Positions 14,597 to 27,868 of a stretch of 64,000 nt of DNA are shown here, one piece after another. A program made the translations under genes and the position numbers. Source of the stretch: Lingula anatina (Eukaryota > Animalia > Brachiopoda); NCBI GenBank assembly GCA_051362555.1, contig CM120644.1, forward strand, positions 8,254,954 through 8,318,953, written 5' to 3'. The notes beneath the pieces were generated by a model that worked only from the letters and a program-made list of their open reading frames with translations, was not told the origin of the DNA and did not search any database. The first letter of the stretch is position 1. Every line of letters starts with the position of its first letter.

Positions 14597-15310
14597 TCTT
14601 AATAGGTCTGTTTAAGATATTAATTATGACCTTCATTTCTCTGTAAACCAAAACTTTAAATCCATATGCTCTTTAACGGTGTCTTTGTAAACTACCTGTA
14701 AGTCAAAAGAGGACAAGTATTTGAGCTATTGATTGCAAAGAAAAAATCAAACTACTGCATTAAAACTGGTGATTAATAACCGCAGAGATATTGATTTGAA
14801 GTTAAACCGACGACCGATTTCCTTGAAACATGCTACTCGTGAGGAGATAATGGCTCTTAAATCGACTTTCCCATTTTTCAGATGCAGTACATGTGGGGAA
14901 TTCAAGTTAATTTAGGTAATTGTAGGTAGTCTAGCTGCGAAAAAGGTGCGTCGATCCAAAGTTTCCATTAGGATTGGATTTCCACGCCAAATAGACCCAC
15001 TGGGAATGTTTTTGGTTTGTTTCATAGGTGCTGTTCACAAATCAATAAGTCAACCTTTTTATAAGCTTGAAAAGATCGAAGACGTCGTGGTTTAGACTAC
15101 TCTGATCCAGGCGAGAACAGAATGGTTTCAATCTAGTGAAACAGCGAGGGCTTTAAAGAGATACTGTAACGGGTTATAAGGTGCTTTTTTAAAGTATTCA
15201 CACACTGTATGTTAAGTCTACATGAAAAGATTTTTCAATTCGTGCTTTTGGAGATTTCGCCGAAACTTCGCCCAACTTTACATAAATGAAAAAATAGACG
15301 TTCTAAATAA

Positions 15311-15315
<5 letters not shown>

Positions 15316-15402
<87 letters not shown>
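15316..15402. repeat. (TA)n followed by (TTA)n microsatellite
   Basis: Read directly. Confidence 0.95.
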
Positions 15403-15404
<2 letters not shown>

Positions 15405-15920
15405 TGTTGTCAAAACATACGGTTTAATCAACATCTGCTGGAAAAGTAATTTATTTGGGTAACAAAAACAAGATATACAAAAGTTCTCGTAACCGTATAA
15501 GGGCAGTTTCAATAACACATTTCATCTACTGTTACATTTTAACAGTATATTAATAATCTTCACGACGTTACGACGTTAAGAGAAACAAAACTTAGCACAT
15601 CAATAACCATAATCAAAAAATACTTCTTTTACCCTGATGGAGAATATATGATTATTTCATTTCGACCTTTTTACTGTTCCTTCTATAACATGGTGGTTTT
15701 AATTAAATGTAAATGCTTTGAAATGCAGGTCTTTAAAAGCCACATTCTTTTTGATACAAACAGTTGTAGAGACTTAATACTGCATTGTTACTCCGGTATC
15801 AGCACAATAATATGACAAATTTTACTTTATTTCAGCTGTAAAGACTTAACACCCATATGACATCTGCAATCAATACATCCCCCACATTGAAGTAAGGCTA
15901 CTGACCTAAACAAGATCGAG

Positions 15921-18900
15921 TCAGGGACACAGAAATCGGACTTCGTAGTCTTTGCACAATTGCCTATTTGGTTGATCTCTGTTCAAGCAAACCAGCCCGC
16001 CAGAGGGCGTGCACTTGGCTCTGATCTTCTGGCCCGCCGTATACCACCACTGCTTGGTTGCTTTGACGCGACATTGGATATCAAGTGGTTCACGACCGGA
16101 GCACTAAAATAAAATCAGCAATATTCGTCACAGCGGATTAAAAAAGGGTATCATAATATGTCGCAGTGGGCTAGATAAGAAAAAACCAGCGTCGGTATTG
16201 CCTCCATTCACTTACCAAAGAGACGACCAAGACTGGATTCATAGTAGAGTTAAACGCTTTAGCAATATATTTAACCGAAATTAAATAAGTGCTTAGCCTC
16301 GGCAAATATGCACCTTAACTGTCTTGAGGTTAACTAGTTGACGAATATGTGACCAAAATTTAATGCAAAAAAAGGGGCGATGTAATATACTACAGTAGTA
16401 AATATACATACACTAATTATTTAAAATTAAGTCTCGGTACATGTATATGGCACCAGTACGTACCGGGTTATGTCCTCGTTTCCCCACGTATTCAAAGTCT
16501 CCACTACCGCTACCGTTGTCCCTGTCCCTCCAGGACGTCCACTTGGCGCACCGGCTACAGTTACTGTTACCTGCAGCTGTAAGGCATTTTGATATATATG
16601 CATGACTTCGAGAAATATGAACATATGCAAGGCAAATTTAACATTTTCCATTCCTAAATATCTAAAAGATGTTGGAAATTAGTGCCAGATATCACAAATA
16701 TGTTTCGCCATATTGACTAATACAATATATGCACGTACAGTATTTGCATATTGGTGACATTTTTACGTAGTTTTCCATTCCTGATACGTTTCACACGCAA
16801 AATATTGGCTTTAATGCCTTTGGTCCCATTATATAAGGTGAGGCACATTCTCTCGTGTCTGCATGTACATTGTCAAATGAACATACACGGTTCCTTGATA
16901 GAATTGCATATTTTTTTAAATAATTTGCTCGTACAGAGACATACCGTACACAGACATACTGCTGACTGCCTGTGGAAACAACAGATGCCAAGTTGGCCTA
17001 TCAATGTTTAATGTCCGATTCCCTGAATCTGCCCAACCACCACTCACCTATTGTAGGGCACTTGAACCTGACCTCGTAGTCCTTGCAGATCTTCTTGTTG
17101 ACCGATGTAGTGCAGACCAACCCATTCTCCCAGTTGCAGTCGTGGTAAGCGTTGTACCTGTCACCTGTTTTATAATAAGGGTAGTGGGAGCCTTTAGCAC
17201 GACATTGGGAGCACATTGTGCGACGACCACCGCAAAGGTTATTTTTGGTATACCTCTGGAAAAATAAAGTAGAGAACAACGCTAAAAATGTGAACAAACC
17301 GTATGTAAGTCAAAGATGGACTTGCCTATCTTTAAATGACATCAAATATTCTATAATCCCATGGTCTTATTTTCCTTCTCTTACGTTTTTTAAATGATCC
17401 TCAATATAAAAGTAGCCTTCAATTATAATTGTTATCTTTGTTTTAAAACCTTGCATCAATTTTAATAACACATACCTTAAAGATGCATACAAAGTCATTT
17501 TTGTCACAAAAACCGACCAAATGCCTGCATATAGTTTGAAGTAGTATAACTAAGAATTACCAAAAGGCATTGTTTAATTTTACCCGAAAATGATGTTTGA
17601 ACGAATTTTTATGCTAGCCTTCTATGCTGTATGTCAATGGGGCAGAAAAGTGGGTCACGAAAGTAGGTTAAATTTCCGACCAAAATTTCAAAGAAAGGAA
17701 CAGTCTAAAGCTCTTTTATGGCTGATCGAGTGATCTATTCAGTTTACCCCTTGGCATGTCTAATTTATTTGAGTCTTATAAGAAACTAGTGGAAGTGGTT
17801 TACATGTGTTACTGGGAATCCACGCTCAACTGATGCTCGTTTCGTATGTACCTTTAATGCAACCGCTATTCATTTAAAGCTATACAATAAATAATTTAAG
17901 GAAAGACCAACGGTATGAATATTACGTAATAACCACATGGGGACGCTTACCCGAAAGGCGCGTGTGCTCTCCCAGTCACCCGTACCACTAGGGTCATCTC
18001 TGTCCAGGAAGGATGTCCAAGACCCACCTGTACACAAATGGAGCGACCATTAAAATGCATATATTGACAAACAAAGGGAGATGAAATTAAATTCGACGGA
18101 TAAATTGTGCTGTTTCACTCCGGAAAAGAAAAGATAAGCTCACCAGTAAATTACATTAACCGGATCTTTGAAAGAAAACGTTCAAATTAAAGGTATATAT
18201 TTACCCTTTCTTTCGACTGTACATCATTTGATTCACTGCCCCGAACCAATCATGAGACAGCGCAAGCTCACCCAGTGAAACGTGCACAACTAACACAATG
18301 TATATAAAGGCGTTGGCACTTTTGTTACAAAAAAAAAAAAAGCTTTAAATTGATATAAAGTTTTAGAACATTTTGACAGACAACATATTGGTAGTAGTCT
18401 ATTTAATGAAACAATTTAACCAGATTTGTGACCCAAAGAGCTGTGAGGAGTACTTACTTGTAGTAGGGCACAAGTATCTTATCTCATAGTCTTTGCAGGA
18501 TCCTCCGCTCTGCTGGGAGTTAACGCACGCCAGTCCTTTGGTGGGTGAACAGTGAATCGCTAACTTATTGGGAGCCGTACCAGACCAGCGTGTAAACACA
18601 TTAGTTGTCCCCTTCACGCGACACTGTGCTGCTATAGGTTTACATCCGCCACACACGTAGCCTCGTTTCTAAGAAAAATGATATCAAACGTTATTGTTAA
18701 CCACTCATTTTCATTAGGATATTTTTGTACTTACAGCCCTTGTATAATATCTATATTATCTTATGTTCGTATTATGTACCATTATCACATTCTGACTCTT
18801 CAAATCTCAGTGCAATTATTTCTTACCTTCTGCGCATGCAAGTTTTCATAATCTCCAAGGCCTGAAGGGTTATCCCGGTCGTACCAAGGGCTCCAAAAAT

Positions 18901-19244
18901 GACCTGGAAATGATGTCAAACATGAGTTGAAATGTGTCTTGTAGTCTATATTTCAAAGGAAAATCAAGAGTACAATCATCGAGTTTTTAAAAAATGTAGA
19001 CAAGTGGAATCTCTGGTGTCAACATCAGCAAGTCTTTTTTGATTTTAGTCATCGCCTCTTTCTGCGCCAGATCATTTTCAAATATTTACTTTGCAATGTA
19101 ACTTTGCAAATATACACTGGGAGAAAAAAAATACTGGATATTTTTATAACTTAAACACTTGAATATCAGAAAAGAGCTGTTTATCTTACCCTTAACTGAT
19201 GACAGTGCCAGTGCACAAGACAGAACGAGCAATACCAACTTCAT
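15921..19244 (-). CDS. WxxW gene A: secreted protein, signal peptide + 3 Mucin2_WxxW (CysD-like) domains, 305 aa, cationic
   Basis: Exons 19190-19244 (MKLVLLVLSCALALSSVK), 18827-18903 (HFWSPWYDRDNPSGLGDYE), 18458-18668, 17951-18027 (WTSFLDRDDPSGTGDWE), 17048-17255, 16464-16570 (WTSWRDRDNGSGSGDFE), 15921-16103. Total 918 nt, open frame. Each domain has W-x-x-W/F..DRD.PSG.GD.E ...C..P...CR...C.P..GL.C.N...C.DYE(I/V)R(Y/F).CP. AATAAA at 15826-15831 (minus). Confidence 0.93.
17481..17853. mobile_element. Kolobok-like MITE with TTAA target-site duplication
   Basis: TTAA|AGATGCATAC...GTATGTACCT|TTAA. The paralogous introns of B (~24635) and C (~31752) show the empty site with a single TTAA. The same family occurs at 54037-55832. 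Confidence 0.8.
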
Positions 19245-19599
19245 GTTGAACCTAGTGTAAAATGAAAAAAATTGAACCATCATTTTTCAGTGCGGGATAT
19301 CTAATATGTTAAAAAAAGGCCTGTAAAGATATTAATAAAAACACCTATATATGACGCCTAATAGAGAAATAAATACAATAAAGTGGATTTAAAGAGACTA
19401 CGTTTTCCTACCAATGAGGCATGGCGTCCCGACCCTTATTCAAGGCAGACATAGCGTTTGGTATACTTATAAATGCCATCTTACTTAGGGCACAAAAATG
19501 GCAATTTTCTAAGATAAGTAAACGTATCAACATAATTATTAGGGACTAAATAAAAAATATATATTCAGCATTGTCTTAGTGAGGAAAAGTCCCATTTAC

Positions 19600-19780
19600 C
19601 TTGCTGGTAGGGCGTGTCTTCTCTCTCTCGTGTTCTTCACTCTCCGATTTGGTCCGGCTTCCGTCCAGCTGTCCAAGACGATTGAAGATCAACGCAGAGA
19701 GATCAGCTTTTATACTGTGACGCGTTCGCTCTCGTTGGTTCCACGTCACTACTTGTAACAGTGCTAACTGGGGAACTCCC
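19600..19780 (-). promoter_or_regulatory. Gene A core promoter and non-coding first exon
   Basis: TATAAAA at 19708-19714, TCAATC Inr-like motif about 30 bp downstream, donor AAG|GTAAAT at 19600, TGACGTGG at 19741-19748, kB-like GGGAGTTCCC at 19771-19780. The layout is conserved in B and C. Confidence 0.7.
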
Positions 19781-20606
19781 ATTTGTTAAAAGGGGAGTAG
19801 GTGTTTTTATTTAGTGTGTGTGTGTGTGTGTGTGCGCGCGCACGTGTGTGTGTGTTTTTGGGGGGGTGTCAAAACATCTGATGCCCCATGATAGAACTAT
19901 TATATAACTTCAAAAGTTCTGTTAAAAGTAATGCCCTTTTTTTTTTCTCCAAATACTGCAAAGTTTAATTGTGAACACCTTGTCCCGATTTATGCCTAAA
20001 CCGCAAACTATGGATAGATAGAATTAAAAAATGAAATATTAGAAGAAAACATTTATAAACTTCTAAGAGAACAATAACAACACTTTACTGATTAAATTTT
20101 TTACAATATACCTGTATTGCTGCATAAATTTGGTGTTATTTTCGAAATGAAAGCAATGGTAATTTGAAACCAATCTCTACCGGTACATGGTTAAAATGTC
20201 AAATGCAATGAAACTTATTCTTTGCTAGTCAATTTTTCAACACGACATGACAATGGCCTTTCCCCATGTTAATATTTCAGATATTTTTTTCACAGCACAA
20301 AAATCACACACAAAAAAAAAAAAAAAAAACAACAACAAACAAACAAACAAATGAGCAAATCAATATGCTTACAAAGATTGCAAAACTATTTGAATAGGGC
20401 CTATATGGTTATCATGAAAGTCGGGTGTCATAATCTAGGTCCCACTCGCACCCTCAAATTGCCATAAAATAGATGCTATACATCAGGCTTAAATCTTATT
20501 AAAATGGACTGGGGTGATATCAAATGAACTGACATGTACGTCGATGTCAAGAGAATACCTGACAGGCCTGATTTCTAAATAAGCATTATATATGGATTAT
20601 ATGATG

Positions 20607-20857
20607 GGGATTATTTGATGGGGTTGAGGGGTCCGCGGTAGCGAAGCCGCCCCCCCCCCCCGCCCTTGGCGTGGGGCCCGGGGCCCGCCGAAGGGACCAG
20701 AAAATTTTGGTATTTTAGAGGGCATTTGGTACGGTTTATAACTAAGATTCAGCTAGGCAAAATCAAAATTCTGATTTCAAGAGGGTGGCTTTGGTGTGAT
20801 TTTTTCAGAAATCGAAGGTGGTCAGAACCCCCTGACACCCAACTAATTCCGCCACTG
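20607..20857 (+). mobile_element. hAT-like MITE copy containing the left breakpoint of the 7.1 kb duplication
   Basis: Homologous to the reverse complement of 10564-10831; ends AATTCCGCCACTG. The 5' terminus is degraded. Confidence 0.65.
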
Positions 20858-21251
20858 TTTGCCGTGCCATTTAACCGGGTTCTAACAGGTTATTCGTCCA
20901 AGGGGAGGGGCTACTCCCTTTCACAGGTCCCAAGGCACCCAAAAGTCCGCCCGGAAGGTTCCTAGTTAGATGACTTCAGATAATTTTACCTTCATTTTGT
21001 TTTACACTGAAATAACTGAGAGATTACTGAGATTTTAGTTATAGAGCACGATGAGAGCCAATGCGGTTCATACTTTAATAGCGGTTTAAGTTTTCAATAA
21101 TCTATGCCATTTGAAAAGTCGACTGTGGAGTTGCCCCAGGCACTGTATGATCATATGAATAGTCTTAATAAGCAGGGGCCCAAGAAGGGTGGGCATGAAA
21201 AAGACTAAGGCACCTATTCCAGAATCTCCCTTTAGCGTTAAGGGAGACTTA

Positions 21252-21509
21252 GGCTTCGTTCACATGGAAAGTCTATTTTCTAAAAATCTATTTTCTATTC
21301 GCTGTATCTTATGATCACGGTCTGTGCCCTGAATATCCCGCGGCGTAATTATTGGCAGCGCGAGCCAGTTACTTAAAGTAACTTATAGTAACTGGCTCGC
21401 GCTGCCAGTAATTACGCCGCGGGATATTCAGGGCACAGACCGTGATCATAAGACATACCGCGAATAGAAAATAAAATTTAGAAAATAGACTTTGCATGTG
21501 AACGAAGCC
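21252..21509. mobile_element. Near-perfect palindromic PIF/Harbinger-type MITE, TTA TSD
   Basis: TTA|GGCTTCGTTCACATG...CATGTGAACGAAGCC|TTA; the arms pair almost to the centre (~21380). The empty site GAGACTTAAAGTCGAC is present in the sister copy at ~28600. Confidence 0.88.
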
Positions 21510-23062
21510 TTAAAGTCGACCTTATACGAAATTTGTATTCCAAGACCTTTCTTTATCTCACTTGAAAGGAATCACTTAACAATCTTCCTTAGCAAAGGAA
21601 TCGGTCATTTCTAGAATCTGTCTTTGCTCAAAGATTTCCTATAATATCGGCTGAGGATTCCTTAAAATGCAAGGTTGGTCTGGAGTAAGTTTTACTTTTC
21701 CTTAAACAGCCATCGTGTACAGTTCTCTTGTCAAAATCAGCTCCATGGAGGACTATGTAAACCAACATGCCTACCTAATTTCGAAATAATTAAATTCAAC
21801 TAGAAAAGCACTCCAAGTGCGGAGACCTTTGCGAAGGCAGAAAAGTCTACACCCAATTTTCATTCTATAATGATTTAGTTTTTTGATTTTTGATTATTCA
21901 TTGATCCGGATCACCACCAATGTTTGGAAACATAAAAGTGTCTGTTATAATAAAACAAATTCACCCCCTTTAACAAGAAAGCACCAACGCATAGGAATAA
22001 TTTGACAGACTTTCAAAGATGTTACCCAGTACCGTAAACGTGCATATTTAAATGCCTGGTGTCAAATCATGCGATCTAACCAACACCTGCTGGAAAAGCA
22101 TCATTTATTTTGGTAACAAAAACAAGATATACAAAAGTTTTCAGAACCGTATAAGGGCAGTTTCAACAACAATTTCCATCTACTGTTGCATTTTAACAGT
22201 ATATTAATAAACTTCATGACGTTTAGAGAAACAAAACCTAGCACATCACTATGCCATAATAAAAAATACTACTTTTACCTTGATGGGGAATATACGATTG
22301 TTTCATTTCGACCTTTTTACTGTTCCTTGTGTAACATGGTGGATTTAATTAAATGTAAATGCTTTGAAATGCGGGTCTCTAAAAGCCATAATTCTTTTCG
22401 TTCAAACAGTTGCATTGCTGCATTGGTACCCCGATACTTTGCTGTAGTATCAGCACAATAATATCGCAAATATTACTTTATTTTAGCTGTAAAGTCTTAA
22501 CACTAATGTAACATTTGCAATCATACATCCCCCACAATGAATGTAAAGGTTATTGCCGTAAACAAGAGTCAGGGACACAGGAAGCGGACTTCGTAGTCTT
22601 TGCACAATTGTCCATTTGGTTGATCTCTGTTCACGCAGACCAGCCCGCCAGAGGGCGTGCACTTGGCTCTGATCTTCTGGCCCGCCGTATACCACCACTG
22701 CTTGGTTGCTTTGACGCGGCATTGGATATCTATTGGTTCACGGCCGGAGCACTAAAATAAAATCAGCAATATTCGTCACAGGGGATTAAAAAGTTTATCA
22801 TTATATGTCGCAGTGGACTAGATAAGAACAACCAGCGTCGGTATTGCCTCCATTCACTTACCAAAGAGACGATCAATACTGGATTAATAGATTAAATCTC
22901 TTTTGCAATAAATTTAAACGAAATTAGATAAGTGCTTAGCCTCCCCAAATATGCAACTTAGCTGTATTCAACTTAACTGATCGACGAATATGTGGCAAAA
23001 ATGTAATGTAAAGAAATAAGGGTCGAGGTTATATTGTAAAAATACATACACAACATACTTAA

Positions 23063-23301
23063 AACTGGAAACGCACTCCGAGAGCGCAGACCTCGCCAAG
23101 GCAGCGATTTTTTATTATTATTGATTATTAATTGATTTTTGATCCGGATCACCACAAAAAATTAACCATCTCTACCTTGGCCGACTTCTGACAGTTCCTG
23201 CAAATTTCATCGAAATCGGTCCACAACTTTTTGAGTTATGTTGATGACAGTCGAACAAACAGACAAACAGGGATGAAAACAACCTCCTTGGCGGAGGTAA
23301 T
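23063..23301 (-). mobile_element. HINE-like element in last intron of B
   Basis: Reverse complement of 14355-14596; absent from the same intron of A. Confidence 0.8.
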
Positions 23302-23560
23302 TAAGTCTCGGTACATGTATATGGCACCAGTACGTACCGGATTATGTCCTCGTTTCCCCACGTATTCAAAGTCTCCACCACCGCTGGGATTGTCTCTGTC
23401 CCTCCAGGACGTCCACTTGGCGCACCGGCTACAGTTACTGTTACCTGCAGCAGTAGAGGCATTTCAATAAATACTTTACTTCGCAATATAATATATATAA
23501 ACATATGCAAGGCAAATTAAGCATTTTCCAATCCTACTTCTAACAGATATTGCAAATTAA

Positions 23561-23895
23561 AGGGATAATAACTCTTCGTATGAGATCTTTATTTCACAAT
23601 AAAAACATTGTGAACAACTCATAGAAATATAATATATTCTGTTTTACCACTAAAACGGCAGTTATAGCTATTATTCTGATATCTGAGCTTGTCTTTAGAC
23701 CACGTGACCTCCAGTGATGGCTATACTCTGTTAAAATCTCTTAAGATATTATAACAAAAAAAAATATTTAGAAAAAAAAACAGGGACTAACTTTGAATGT
23801 AAAAATGGATTCATTAACCATTGGTTAGTATGGGAAAATTGTTGTTTACTCCAGGAAAATTCATTTTTTGACCAAAACGAAGAGTTATTATCCCT
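23561..23895. mobile_element. Kolobok-like MITE, TTAA TSD
   Basis: TTAA|AGGGATAATAACTCTTCGT...ACGAAGAGTTATTATCCCT|TTAA (19 bp perfect TIR); absent from A. Confidence 0.85.
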
Positions 23896-26721
23896 TTAAG
23901 CCCAGCCATGACAATAATTTTACACTTTCTTTGACTAGTATACATTACTTTTATACTGTTAACAAGATTTACTTAGGTTTACATTCCTGGCACGTTTCAC
24001 ACGCAAAATTTATCAAATAGATATAACAAAATTTGTCAAATGAACATGTACGGTTCCCTGATAGAATTGCGTATTTTTTTTCCTAATTTGTTCGTACAGA
24101 GACATACCGTAAACGGACGTAACTCCTTGGTAACTCTGAAAACAACTGATGCTGATTCAGACTATCACTGTTTAATGTCTGATTCCCTGAATCTGCCCAA
24201 CCACCACTCACCTATCGTAGGGCACTTGAACCTGACCTCGTAGTCCTTGCAGATCTTCTTGTTGACAGATGCGGTGCAGACCAACCCATTCTCCCAGTTG
24301 CAGTCGTGGTAAGTGTTGTACCTGTCACCTGTTTTATAATAAGGGTAGCGGGAGCCTTTAGCGCGACATTGGGCGCACATTGTACGACGACCACCGCAAA
24401 GGTTAATTTTGGTATACCTCTAGAAAAACAAAGAAAACAATGCTAAAATGTGTACAAACTGTATTTAAGTCAAGAATTTCCGTGCTTAGTTATAACTGGC
24501 ATCGAAAAAACTCAGTCCTCTAATGGTCTTTTTTTTCTTGTTTTATTAATGATCGACAGTATAAATGTAGCCTTTAATAATTTATTATCTTTGTTTTAAA
24601 ACCTTGCATTCGTTTCATAAACAAATACATGTACCTTAATACAACCGCTATTCATTTAAAGATATACAATAAAATAGTTTAAGGAAAGACCAACGATATG
24701 AATATTACGTAATAACCTCGTGGGGACGCTTACCCGAAAGGCGCGTGTGCTCTCCCAGTCACCCGTACCACTAGGGTCATCTCTGTCCAGGAAGGATGTC
24801 CAAGACCCACCTGTAAACAAATGGAGTGACCATTAAAATGCATACATTGACAAACAAAGGGAAATAAAATTAAATTCGAGGAATAAATTGTGCAGTTTCA
24901 CTTCAGCAAAGAAAAAATAAGTCCACCAGTAAATTACAAAATTATCTTAACCGGACCATTGAAAGACAACGTTCAAATTTAAGGGTACGAATTTACCCTT
25001 TCTAGTCCACTGTGTGGACCAACCACGTGCATTATTTGATTTACAGCGGCACGAACCAATCACTGGACAGCTTATGCAGTCTCACCCAGTGAAAACGCGC
25101 ACAACTAACACAGTGGATATAAAGGCGTTCGATAATTTTGTTACAAAAAGCTTTATATCTTAAATTGATCCAAAGCTTTAAAGTTTTTTACGGACTGTTA
25201 AATGAAACAATTCAACCAGATTTTTGACCCACAGAGCTCTGAGTACTTACTTGTAGTGGGGCACAAGTATCTTATCTCAGTCTTTGCAGGATCCCCCGCC
25301 CTGCTGGGAGTTAACGCACACCAGTCCTTTGGTAGGTGAACAGTGAATCACCAACTTATTGGGAGCCGTGCCAGACCAGCGCGTAAACACATTAGTTGTC
25401 CCCTTTACGCGACACTGTGCTGCAATAGGTTTACATCCGCCACTCACGTAACCTCGTTTCTAACAAAAAAAATCAAATTTGTTTTTGTTAACCTCTCATT
25501 TTCATTAAGACATTTTCGTGCTTATATCTCTTGTACAATATTTAAAACCATCAGCTTATGTTCGTATTTTGTACCATGTATTAGCTACTAACTCTTTAAA
25601 TAAACCTCATGGCAGTTGTCTCTTACCTTCTGCGCATGCAAGTTTTCATAATCTCCAAGGCCTGAAGGGTTATCCCGGTCGTACCAAGGGCTCCAAAAAT
25701 GACCTGGAAGTGATGTCGAACACGAGATGAAATGTGACTTGTAGTCTATATTTAAATGAAAATCAAGAGTACAATCCTTTTAAAAATGTAGACAACTGGA
25801 ATCTTTGGTGTCAACATCAGCAAGCCTTTTTCGATTTCAAATATGCACTGGGAGAAAAAAAATACAAGACTGATATCTTTATTACTTAAATTCTTTAATA
25901 TCTGAATTAGTCATTGTCTCTTACTGCGCCAGATCCTTCTCAAATATTTACTGTGTAATGTAACTTTGCAAATATGCACTGGGAGAAAAAAATACAAGGC
26001 TTATGTCTTTATTACTTAAATTTTTGAATATCTTAAAAGAGCTGTTTATCTTACCCTGAACTGATGACAGTGCCAGGGCACAAGACAGAGCGAGCAATAC
26101 TAACTTCATGTTGAACCTAGTGTAAAATGGAAAAATTCAACAATCATTTTCCAGTGTGTGATATCTAATATGTAAAAAGGCATATAAAGATATTAATAAA
26201 AAAAAACACCTATGGCGCCTAATAGAAAAAAAAAACAATAAAGTGGATTTAAAGATACTAAACGCATGGCGTTCCGACCCTTATTCAAGGCAGACATAGC
26301 GTTTAGTATATTTATAAACGACATCTTTTTGATACCAGTAGGAGAAAATTCCCATACAGAGCTATAATCTCACAGTATAATACATTGCGACTATATATTA
26401 CTTTAAAACGAATTCTTTTTCCATTTCCATTATACAAGACAATGAAGTAACTTTTACCAAAGTGAAAAATCAGCGTAACATGTGAGGGATATAATGCTTG
26501 AGCAATTCGGGCCATCACGTACCAAAGCCAATCTAACGTACCTTCACATAACTGGATGGTAAAAACATAGGGCAGAAAAGTTGCATTTTCTATATAATTA
26601 TCGATTTATTTCCTTTGGGACTCGCCAACAAATTAATAAGATGAGTAAACGTATCAGCATAATTTTAAGGGACTAAATTAAAAATATTCAGGCTTGTCTT
26701 AGTGGAGAAAAGTCATATTTA

Positions 26722-26910
26722 CCTTAGAGGTAGGGCGTGTCCTCTCATTCTCAGCGGCACGTGCTCTCACGCTTCGATTTGGTCCGGCTTCCGTCCAGCT
26801 GCCCAAGGCGATTGAAGATCCACGCAGAGAGATCAGCTTTTATACTGTGACACTTTCGCTCTCGTTGGCTCCACTCCACTACTTGTAACAGTGCTAACTT
26901 GGGAACTCCC
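26722..26910 (-). promoter_or_regulatory. Gene B promoter and 5'UTR exon
   Basis: TATAAAA at 26838-26844, GGGAGTTCCC at 26901-26910, donor AAG|GTAAAT. Confidence 0.65.
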
Positions 26911-27713
26911 ATTTGTTAAAAGGGGAATAGGTGTTTTTATTTAGTGTGTGTGTGTGTGTGTGTGTGTGTTTGTGTGTGTGTTTTGGGGGGTGTCAAAAGA
27001 TCTGATAATGATGCCCCATGATAGAACTATTATATAACTTCAAAAGTTCTGTTAAAAGTAATGCCCTTTTGTTTTTGATTCCTTTAGGAATCGTCTTAAA
27101 ATACCCACATACAGAGTAGACAATACTGCCTCCAAGTAATAGGTAGACCACGAGTCAGCGAGAGTTATGTGGCATACACGAGTGCTTAGCGCGAGTGGAT
27201 GTCACATAACCCTCGCTGGCTTGGGGTCTACCTATTACGTACATCCTTGAAATAAAAACAGTACAGTACAGACGTAATAAGGACGAAAAAGACAGAAAGT
27301 GATGGGTACTCGTTCTTTTCACTGTCTTTTTCTTCTCCAAATACTACAAAGTTTAATTGTGAACACCTTGTCCCGATTTATGCCTAAACCGCAAACTATG
27401 GATGGATAGAATTAAAAAATGAAATATTAGAAGAAAACCTTTATAAACTTCTAAGAGAACAATATCAACACTTTACTGATAAAATTCTACAATTTATTGC
27501 TGTATAAATTGGGTGTTTTTTCGAAATGAAAGCAATGGTAATTTGAAACCAATCTCTACGTGGTTTAAATGGCAAATGCAATAACATTTATTCTTTGCTA
27601 GACAATTTTTCAACACGACATGACTTAAATCGAGGAGATATTTGGACACTACCACATGTAGTACATGTCGATGTATTAATTAATAGACGCATTTTTGTGT
27701 TGCATGGTCAGAG

Positions 27714-27868
27714 CTATGGGCACATGAAGCGGACTTCGTAATCTTTGCATGTCTGCCTACTCGGCTGATCGTTGTTCACGCAGACGAATCCCTCAGAAGG
27801 CATGCACTTGGTCTTGATCACCTGACCCGCTAGGCCCCAACGCTGATTGGTTCCCTTGACGAGGCACT
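27714..27868 (-). pseudogene. Orphan 3' fragment of the gene D last exon at the duplication junction
   Basis: Matches 34803-34957 (..VKGTNQRW..CKDYEVRFMCP*). It lacks its acceptor and is fused to MITE sequence TTATAACTAAGATTCAGC. Confidence 0.9.

Larger units (their letters stand above)
22569..26109 (-). pseudogene. WxxW gene B: frameshifted copy of gene C
   Basis: Exons 26055-26109, 25627-25703, 25251-25459, 24734-24810, 24212-24419, 23338-23444, 22569-22751. The third coding exon is 209 nt versus 211 nt in A and C. GAC TAT GAG becomes GAC TGA (stop at 25277-25279), and Cys becomes Ser at 25444 (YVSGGC). Other exons and splice sites are intact. Confidence 0.85.

Noticed and set aside
15303-15518. 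ORFs with poly-N/IY runs (also at 58266-58496)
   Set aside because: Products of (TA)n and (AAT)n microsatellites.
21252-21509. Long hairpins as miRNA/ncRNA genes (also 37287-37562, 60638-60732)
   Set aside because: TSDs (first two) and an empty paralogous site (first) identify them as MITEs. The third has no supporting evidence for expression.
22483-22760. ORF-track peptides repeated identically at 29577-29854 (also 25343-25730 and 32460-32847)
   Set aside because: Wrong-frame or antisense readings of duplicated WxxW exons; the identity reflects the tandem duplication.
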